Shown here: piece after piece, positions 1 to 64,000 of the stretch
How positions within the stretch are numbered: position 1 is the stretch's first letter
Layout of the letters: each line of letters opens with the position of its first letter
Assembly: GCA_051294375.1 (NCBI GenBank)
Contig: JBJCIZ010000239.1
Location: 6,879,826 to 6,943,825 of the forward strand
Direction: 5' to 3'
From: Paraspadella gotoi
Lineage: Eukaryota > Animalia > Chaetognatha
Length of the DNA stretch: 64,000 nucleotides
Notes under the pieces: model-generated
Told to the model about the DNA's origin: nothing
The model's input: the letters and a program-made list of their open reading frames with translations, nothing else
Databases searched by the model: none
Made by a program: the position numbers and the translations under genes

Positions 1-126
1 AATTTCTTCGCGAGTTCGCATTGGATTCTCTTTTGCGAGAGTGCCCAATTTCTGTTGGTTTATCCTTTAATGGATTTTTAACTTTAAAATTTAATTTAAA
101 TATATACTTAGAGCGATAACATAATC

Positions 127-310
127 CTTAACCCTAAGCTTGAGTCTTAAGCCTAATCTTGAGCCTTAACCCTAATCTTGAGCTTTAACCCTAATCTTGA
201 GCCTTAACCCTAATCTTGAGCGCTAACCATAATCTTGAGCTTTAACCCTAATCTTGCGCCTTAACCCTAATCTTGAGCCTTAACCCTAATCTTGAGCCCT
301 AACCCTAAAC
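127..310 (+). repeat. 19-bp minisatellite containing TAACCC
   Basis: Unit TTAACCCTAATCTTGAGCC. Confidence 0.9.
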
Positions 311-796
311 CATTAACCTTAATTTCTATCCTTAACCTCTAACCCATAACCTTTGTCCCTAACCCAAATCCTTACCCTTAATCACTAACCAAGTCCCTCC
401 CCTTAATAACTAACATAATCCTTAATCTTAACCCTAATCCTTAAGAAAATGAACCAATTTCCGTATTTTAGATAAAATGGGTGGTTCTAGGAAAATAAGG
501 CCGGATTTCGTCGTAATCTCCGAGTCAGTCCGCGGAAAATAGACAATTAAGTAAATAAGTATTACATGCAAACGCATCTTAAACAAAAGAGCGTATTTCT
601 CACACACCCCCCCAAAAAAAACCGTTCTAAACCGACTGTATCCCATTGTATCCGATCTCGTTGTATCCGATCTCGTTGTATCCGATCCCCTCTTCGCTCG
701 GATTTTTCACGCGATTCTCACGCTGACGTCCCGTCGGTTTTTCTCTCTTTGTCATTTGTCAAATCGAAACCTTTTTTCTTTTTGCTTGGAGTATCG

Positions 797-896
<100 letters not shown>

Positions 897-978
897 CCTC
901 TCGTCCGGGACTCTCGTCTCGGGTTGCCATCGGCAAACCAGTCACGTTTCTCCCAGGCGTTGGCGTCTGGCTGTTGTT

Positions 979-1040
<62 letters not shown>

Positions 1041-1276
1041 CCTCCTAATGGCCGTCTTCGTCTTCGTCATTCGCGAGGTGTGGATCTCGTCGTCGTCGTC
1101 GTCGTCGTCGCTTCATGTACTACCGATTTAAAAATTATCAATTCAATCCTTACTTTGCATAGGATGGTGAGTTAGTGCCTTCATCACTGACATAGCGGGA
1201 CCCTGCAGGCTTTCAATCAAGACTCTCTCACAGTCTGGCTTCCCTATCAATGACGTGTTAAAATGTTTCTAATCTT

Positions 1277-1349
1277 GAACGGTTAGCTCAGTCGGTAGAG
1301 CACGGGACTCTTAATCTTGGGGTCGTGGGTTCGAGCCCCACTCTGAAAA
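1277..1349 (+). pseudogene. tRNA-Lys(CTT)-derived sequence (pseudogene or SINE head)
   Basis: TAGCTCAGTCGGTAGAGCACGGGACTCTTAATCTTGGGGTCGTGGGTTCGAGCCCCAC matches the eukaryotic tRNA-Lys-CTT body; acceptor stem does not pair. Confidence 0.75.
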
Positions 1350-1840
1350 GATATCCTATGCAGAAGTAAATTCACGAGAATGCGGGAAAATAATATATCG
1401 ACGTCAGGAAAATCTATATGGCGACAAAATCATGAGGGTAGAAAAAGGGGAGAAACTAGTAGGAGAAGAGAGAGAAGGTGTACTGAATCTCGTGAACGCG
1501 GACCCGAATCCCTGGGAGGAGGATGAAGAGGAGGTGAATGAGAAGGAGGGGGTAATAGACCCGCGTCGGTCTATCTCTTTTTATACTGCAATTGTATTTA
1601 AGTACCATTCCCTTTAGTATTAGATCGGAGAATACAATATTGTGCCACATATCACTCCGGTTTACTCGCGAGCAGATTTCGCCTTTTAAAACGAAGTCTT
1701 TTCCTTTAAAATTCTCTCGAATTCGTCCCGAGGGAAAAAAGGGTTCGAATTGATACGACCCCCTAGGGACAAGAACCTCCCCGTGGGGAATCATGGGGTA
1801 ACGCTGGGCTTTTCTTTCTTTCTTTCTTTCCTCTCCTCCG

Positions 1841-1906
<66 letters not shown>

Positions 1907-2410
1907 CCTCCTTTTCTCTTTTCCTTAAAAACTCGCCCGTCTTAAAGAGGCCATTGACCTTATCTTCGCCCCCTTAACCTCCCCCCCTTTCTGTCCCGAT
2001 CTCCCCCATGTCGGGACCAAAAAAAAAAAGAGATTAAGTCTATGAATAATTTATCACAAAAAAAAAAAAATTAAATAAAATCTCCATTATGTCATCTTAG
2101 TTCCAGATTCTCGGGTCATTATGCGTCGAAATGGTCGTGATTTACTGTACGACGGGAGGCGGTTATAACGTCGATTTACGGCTCTTTCGATTATACATCG
2201 TGAAAGGGGGATGATAATGATTATGACGATGATAATGATGATAATGATGATTATGACCATAATACTCATGAGAGTTTGGGGCCTTTTTTAAAACTATATT
2301 CAGCACTAATAATGGTAATATTTACGTAATAGTATTTATCATTTCCGATAATTCTTTCTAAAAATTTCTCTAGTTTCCATTTCTATTTCCATTTTCTCTA
2401 TCTCTCTCTC

Positions 2411-2467
<57 letters not shown>

Positions 2468-3056
2468 ATCTCTCATCAGCACCATTATTATCATCTAAAT
2501 CATCATGATAATCAGTAGTATCATCGTCAACTTTGTCTCCAAAATCATCGTCATCATGATTTCCTTCAACGTCATTATCATCATCATCATCATCATCATC
2601 GTCGTCATTTATTGACATTTACAGTCTCCCTGACAAACAACAACAACAACAACGACAACAATAACAACAACAACAATTCCATCGTCTTCTCGATGCCAAT
2701 AAAGAAAAACGAGGAAACGTCGACACCCGCGAAATGAGATAACAACAACAACAACAACAAAATAAGCAATAATGCAATATTGTTGTTGTCGTCGTCTTTG
2801 TCACTTTAGTTCTCAGCGTCATTGACGTAGTTTTATCTTCGTCGTCCAAATCATTGTCGTTGTTTTCGTTTGCGTCTTTGTTTGCCATCTTCGTCGTCAT
2901 CGTCATCGTCGTCGTCGTCGTCGTCATTGTTGTCGTTATCGTCATCGTTTTCGTCGTCTCCTTCCGGCAGGCGACGTCGTCGTCGCCATAGTCGTCGTCG
3001 TCGTTGTCGTCGTCTCCCCACTTCCGGCAGACGACGTCACTTTTGTCAAAAAACCG

Positions 3057-58185
<55,129 letters not shown>

Positions 58186-59389
58186 GAGGTGAAGAAAGGG
58201 AGGAAGGAAAGGAGGAGAGAAGAAGAAAAGGTAGGAAGGAAAAGAGGAGAGAGGAAGGAAAAGGAGAAAGGAAAAGAAAGAAGGAATGGAGGAGAGAGGA
58301 AGAAAGTGAAGAAGGAAAGGCGGAGAGAGGAAGGAAAGAGAGGAAGAGAAGGAGGAGAGAGGAAGGAAAGGGAGGAAGGAAAGGAGGAGAGAGGAAAAAA
58401 TAGAGGAAAGAGAAAAAAGGAAAGAAAAAATACTCGAACCAAATTCTTTCGACCGAGAAGTGATGGATGTATCAGAAGNNNNNNNNNNNNNNNNNNNNNN
58501 NNNNNNNNNNNNNNNNNNNNNNNNNNNNNNNNNNNNNNNNNNNNNNNNNNNNNNNNNNNNNNNNNNNNNNNNNNNNNNNNNNNNNNNNNNNNNNNNNNNN
58601 NNNNNNNNNNNNNNNNNNNNNNNNNNNNNNNNNNNNNNNNNNNNNNNNNNNNNNNNNNNNNNNNNNNNNNNNNNNNNNNNNNNNNNNNNNNNNNNNNNNN
58701 NNNNNNNNNNNAAAAAAAAAATTTCGACCATTCTTTGTCTAAACAAAACGAAAAAATGAAATAAACAATTTAATTGGAATAATTACATCAAAAAACGAAA
58801 ACTATTCGGAAACTGTCCACCAGAAGTTCAAAAAACATCGCTTGTCCACGAATTTTGAGTGAAACAAAAAAAAATGACAAAAAAACGTACGTACTGTAAT
58901 CACAAAAAAATTGAGTTTGTTAAAAAAAAAAAAATAATATCAAACTTCCGATGTATAAACATTTTATACATTTTCAGTAATGCTCCGACATATTATCCTC
59001 TAATCGACCGACGAAATCCGCCAAAATCCTCCGATCGATGTCGGACCTAAACGACGGATCTAATCGATGTCCGTCCTAACTCCGTTAATTCTGGTCCAGC
59101 GTCGTCGTTCGACGTCTGACGGATCGACAAAGACTTTCACTGATCGACTCTGCCCGACATTACGACTCTGCCCGACATTACGGCCCGTCTTAGACCGACG
59201 CTTACCGACGCCACAATTCGCTGGATAACATCTGGAAGAACATTATCCTGGAAAGCAATGGAAAGCAACGAAAAAGCAGTCAAAAGTTTTTTTCTAAATA
59301 CTGAGTCGATTAAATATTTAGATTTAGCGCTATTAAGAATATTTCCAAGGAAAGCAGAGGAAAGCTTTTCTAGAATGACTACAGCATAT

Positions 59390-59800
59390 ATAAGAACATT
59401 CTCCATGAAAACAGTAGGAAGGTTTTGGAGTGATATTTTTGACAAAAATACTGGAGGCCACTCCGAAAAACATTCTTCAAATTAATTGCTTTATTAACAA
59501 ATGAACTATAGAGCATTCTCCAAATATTGAAAGGTTTCCTAACGATATTATCGACAAAAGCCCTGGACAGCATTCCTAAAAACATTCTCCAAATATTGAA
59601 AGCTTTCCTATTGATATTAATGACGAATGTCCTGGAGACCATTCCTAAGAACCTTCTCCAAATATTGAAAGTTTTCCTAATCATATTATCGACAAAAGTC
59701 CCGGAGGGCATTCCTAAGAACATTTTACAAATATTGCAAGCTTTCTCAAAAATATTATTTACAAAAGCCCTGGCAAGCATTGCTCAAAGAATTCTCCGTT
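59390..59800 (+). repeat. Diverged 69-bp tandem repeat
   Basis: TTCTCCAAATATTGAAAG recurs at a 69-bp period. Confidence 0.8.
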
Positions 59801-60743
59801 TAAGTTGGGTTGGGGAAAAAGTGTTAGTTACATTCTCACTGAATCCATTCCACGATGACATTGAATCGCTCACAACTTCCAATGTTCATTTGTTTCGAAT
59901 TGAATATTTTCTAAAACGAAATCTCTTGTTTTTTCTTCTTCTCTTATTTGTTTTTTACTCCGCAAAATAATCCGAAATATTTTCACAGTTTTATGTAAAC
60001 ATTAATCTTAACTTGAGATTAAAGTATTCTATGCCATTATGTTTAGTGTGGAGTGGTCAATGTTTTAAAAATATAGTGGTTGAAAATTATTTTATTTAAA
60101 TTCTACTCAAAATTAAAAAAATGTCTCTATATGACTACTTCAAAGGATGCAAAATAATTCTTAAGAATAACCAAAAAAGGTCAAAACATAAATATTTTTA
60201 TAAGTAAAAACAGACAAAATATCAATAATTAAAACAATTAGCAGCAATGTATGTATTTAAGAACTGTGTTTTTTCTCTTTAACTTTTTTTCTCTTCGTAT
60301 AATCAAAAATGTTTTATATTTATGCCTTAATGGTTTTTACTGTTTCAACAAAAAAATTTTTCGATCTTTGACAGTCACAGTTATAAAAAAAATCAGTTGT
60401 GTAAACTTGTTTATTAACTTCGTGATTTGCACAAGAAAAAAATCTCACGCGAAAGAAATAAAAGGGCACAAGTAAGTCATTTTTTTTACAAAATTCATCC
60501 ATTTTCTAATTTCTAATTTCGTTTTGTTCATAATTTTATTAATGTTTAATTTCTATGGATAGATACGCAGGAGGCTTATTTTTTCATTCGTCGTTTCTAT
60601 TTGTTTTATTTTGTGGGGAGGTGAACCTACCAAATTAAATTTGAGTCTTTTCCTTTGGTTTTTTTGTAAGTCAGTTGATGAATTTCCCGTTGATACGACT
60701 GTTCCTTCCATCAGCGCCATGGTTAGAACAGTTTTTGCAAAAA

Positions 60744-60799
60744 GAGTGACGGGCCGGTTAAACCACTGGTAGCAACCCTACCCCCGGATCCGAGGTTGG
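60744..60799 (+). ncRNA. Degenerate type-P5 twister-like motif (family 4)
   Basis: GAGU-GACGG-GCCGGU-UAA-ACC-AC-[GGUAG/CUACC]-..-UCCGAGGU; T1 CCG/CGG and T2 AC/GU intact, P4 imperfect. Confidence 0.55.
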
Positions 60800-62093
60800 T
60801 TGTTGGGGCTATCCACACTCACGCATGGCGACCCCTCTTTCCTCTCGGTCACTTCATTTTTTTTTCTTTGATTTTTTTCATCCGTTTTTTCCTTGCTTTT
60901 TTTTAAGCTTTCAAGTACATTTCTTAATTACAAACTTTATTTCAAAATTTTTTTTTATCAATTGTCAAATAACTATTTGTTTATTTTCCTGTTTTTTGTC
61001 TTTATTTTCGTCACCGGAGATATAAACATTAATAATATTTTTTGTTTTGTTTTAGCGTACGGGCGATTCTTCGATACGAAATATACTAAAACAATATTAA
61101 AATTATGTATATACTTAAATATATAATATACATTTAATTAAATTTACCTTCCATTCCCTTACCGTTATTATTTTTATTTTTATTCATATGAATTGAGCAA
61201 CAAAAATAAAACATAATGCCATTTTCTTCCTCTTAAAATTAAAAAAAACAAAAAAAAACAAAAAAACAATTAATAATGAAAACAAAACTTGACTTCTAAT
61301 TTTACCCACCTTTAATAAAAAAGATTAAATTATCGGGTCGTGGACCCATGTTACCCACTACCCTTTGTGTTCTTTATTTTAACCACGTGTTCTTACCTCC
61401 TCGTGTAACTACAGTCCTTACCGATTTGTGTTAAAGCCCCTACCTTTTTTGTACCTCGCCCTAATTTTTTAAAACAATTTTAAATCATCTTCGCTTCGCT
61501 TCATACTACATCCCCTTAAACTCCGAAATTGAACGATTTCGTTTGCGTATTCATTAATCATCGCCATACTGGAAAATCTTATCGAATGATAACGAAATAC
61601 CATCTTGGTCAAATGACAAAGTTGCCGAAACTTTTAATACAAATTAAAATTGAGGATATCAATATTTTTATTTTTTATGCGATTCTTTTCATTCCCTTCA
61701 CGATCCCACGCCTGTGCCTTCAAGCATGTGTTGCCAGACGGTAGAACATTTATATAAGTAAAGGCTAAATCTTTCAATATGTCATTTCTTTTCTAATTTT
61801 ATGTTAAAGATACAAAATCAAAATTTAGTTGGGAGTTTCGGCGGCTTAAATTTATTCTCCAACGTGGTATATATAATTTAATATATATTAGACGAAGAAC
61901 GAGAAATAAAGTTTTCTTTCAATTAATATTCTCACATTTTAAAAGAGAAATTAGGGAGAAAAATGAGAAAATTGGTAAAATTGATAAATAAACAAACAAG
62001 TTACTGTCACTCGAATAATTCGTCGAAGCGAATATCAATTGAAAGAAAGAAAGAATTTCTCATCAAGAGAAACTAAATTTCGAATGATTTTTA

Positions 62094-62180
<87 letters not shown>

Positions 62181-62183
62181 AAG

Positions 62184-63122
62184 GTATCACCACGGTTTGG
62201 GCGGAATGGGTCAGCGGCGTCGGGCAGGATGAGGCACGTCGGGCACCACGGGCATCACCCACACGCTCATGGAGGTGAGGGGGGAAGTGGGGTAGGAGAG
62301 AAGGTGAGTTGAGGGGGTGGGTGGGGGGGTAGTGGATGTAGGAAAGAAAAAAAAGGAGTGAAGAGACAGTAATTATTGTTATATGTTAGTGTCAGAACCG
62401 TTCAATATAAGCAGTCCCTGAGCTTCGGATCAGGCTGTAACACCGTTGTTACAAGCGGGTTAAGCGCCCTTCTCTCTAACTGCAAGGCGACCTCCGGGCT
62501 AAAACCGCGGACCTTTGGGTTGAGAGGCGAATGACTTGCCTCCGGCACCAATGGCCACTGATGAACGGTTGGTGGATTTTAGTCCACCATACATCCCCCC
62601 TCCCGTAGGGAGAAGTCTGTTGCGTCTCTTCAGTGAATTGTTGTTGTTGGTGGAAAGTGCATCACCAAGTTGAGGCATGTTGCCTGATTTGTTGTGGGTG
62701 GAAAGTGCATCGCCAGGTTGAGGCATGTCGCCTGAAAGTGTTGTTGTTGCTGTTGTCGTGAAGTCGGCTCACCAATGAAGAGACAGTGATAATTGTTATG
62801 TGTTAATGACAGAACCGTTCAATGTAAGCAGTCCCTGAGCTTCGGATCAGGCTGTAACACCGTGTTACAGGCGGGTTAACCGTCCCTCTTAACTGCTAGG
62901 CGACCACCGGGCTAGAACCCCGGACCTTTGGGATGGGAGGCGAATGACTTGCCTCCGGCACCAATGGCCGCTGATGAACGGTTGGTGGATTTTAGGTCCA
63001 CCATAGGAGGAAAGTTTATGGGGAAAACGTCCTAACTTCTTTAATTCATGCACCTAAATTTTAATACTTAAATTTTAAACCTAATCGCTGACACACTATT
63101 ACTTATCCATAATACTAATGTT

Positions 63123-63166
<44 letters not shown>

Positions 63167-63206
63167 TTTCTCTCTTTCTTTTTAATTTTCTTTCTTTTTA
63201 TCCTTT

Positions 63207-63270
<64 letters not shown>

Positions 63271-63353
63271 GCATCACGGTCACCGGGGCGGACACGCTGG
63301 ACATCATGGTCACCACGGACATCATCACGGTCATCACCACGGACATCTCGGAA
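62184..63353 (+). CDS. Two exons (62184-62274, 63270-63353) of a His/Gly-rich protein; gene continues beyond the window
   Basis: (CT)n-ag acceptors and gtgag donors; phase-1 join gives MRHVGHHGHHPHAHGAHHGHRGGHAGHHGHHGHHHGHHHGHLG. Confidence 0.65.
62410..62483 (-). ncRNA. Type-P5 twister ribozyme-like motif in the 3' LTR
   Basis: Same fold with a GCGCU P1 stub; L1 reads GAAGG (one T1 mismatch). Confidence 0.6.
62827..62897 (-). ncRNA. Type-P5 twister ribozyme-like motif in the 5' LTR
   Basis: AGCAGUU-AA-GAGG-GACGG-U-UAA-CCC-GC-CUGUAACAcggUGUUACAG-CCUGA-UCCGAAGC-UCAGG-GACUGCU; P1 stub absent in this copy. Confidence 0.7.
62900..62971 (-). promoter_or_regulatory. tRNA-derived cloverleaf / internal Pol III promoter inside the LTR
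   Basis: 7-bp acceptor stem GCGGCCA/TGGTCGC; A-box-like TGGTGCCGGAGG; T-arm CCGGG-GTTCTAG-CCCGG (B-box-like). Confidence 0.65.
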
Positions 63354-64000
63354 GTGAGTTCATAGTTTTATTAGTTAGGTTAATTTTAAATATATTTTTT
63401 GTTCGCGTTTTATATTTCTTAGTTTAGTCTGTAGAAATAGCTTTAAATAAAGTGTGCTATAAAAAAAGAAAATTTCTCTGTACAATGTAAATAGACAAAA
63501 TTTACGTGATTAGATTGAAAATCTCAGTTCTTATTTTTAATCTAAAACTTCAATCCTACACTATCTTACACTCTAGATTTTAAATCTTAGATTTTGACTT
63601 TGAAAACTCAAATCTTAGATTCGAAAATTTCAATCAGACTATATCGTGAAACTTTATTTACAATTTTGCAATGCAATAAATTTATTTTAATAATAGAAAT
63701 CTCAGATCATAAGCTGCCGAACAAAAACTCGGATCCTCAAAATCAAATCTTTAATCCTAAATTTAGTGATTAAATCTTATGTATTAAATCTCAGATCCTC
63801 AAATGTTGAATCTTAAATCTCAAATCTCAAATTTTAAATCTCAAGTATAAAACTGAATTCCTAAATCCCAAATGTTCAATCTCAAATCTTTGACTCTCAT
63901 CTCAGGTCTTTAAATCTCAAATCTCCAATATAAAACTCAAATGCAAATCTAAAATCTTCCGCCTTCAGCTCCATCGATTCACGGACACATCCGAGGCGGT

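Larger units (their letters stand above)
62359..63005 (-). mobile_element. Miniature non-autonomous LTR retrotransposon (TRIM) with tRNA-like and twister-bearing LTRs (family 1)
   Basis: LTRs 62776-63005 and 62359-62591 (TATGGTGG...TCTTCA). PBS TGGTGAGCCGAC 1 nt after the 5' LTR. PPT GGGAGGGGGGA at 62594-62604. GGAG target-site duplication on both flanks. 184-bp non-coding interior. Confidence 0.85.

Noticed and set aside
121-440. True telomere or chromosome end
   Set aside because: Degenerate 19-bp units; similar tracts are scattered through the window.
1277-1349. Functional tRNA-Lys gene
   Set aside because: The acceptor stem cannot pair; the second copy at 14504 is 5'-truncated.

Overview
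AT-rich, microsatellite-laden invertebrate (metazoan) genomic DNA from a draft assembly that looks gap-filled. Most of the window is one plus-strand, ~26-exon Na+/H+ exchanger gene (SLC9A/NHE type, ~3057-58185). Its 21-kb intron (12583-33654) contains a nested, same-strand, intronless 1568-aa SAMD9-family STAND NTPase. This protein has an N-terminal DZIP3-type HEPN RNase domain in place of the SAM domain, and its AlbA_2/Schlafen nuclease domain looks degenerate. Two exons of a His/Gly-rich protein gene lie at the right end. The main hidden signal is a set of at least four sequence-distinct small repeat families that each fold as a circularly permuted (type P5) twister self-cleaving ribozyme. 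Both pseudoknots show compensatory changes between families, and P1 is reduced to a palindromic stub. One copy (62359-63005, minus strand) is a complete miniature LTR retrotransposon (TSD, LTR, PBS, PPT, LTR), and each LTR carries a tRNA-like Pol III promoter followed by a twister. It is a candidate animal 'twister LTR-retrozyme' that could release a ~416-nt circularisable RNA. The large inverted (34831-43582) and tandem (42175-56068) duplications next to 25-N gaps are probably assembly artefacts. All calls are by eye; no searches were run.
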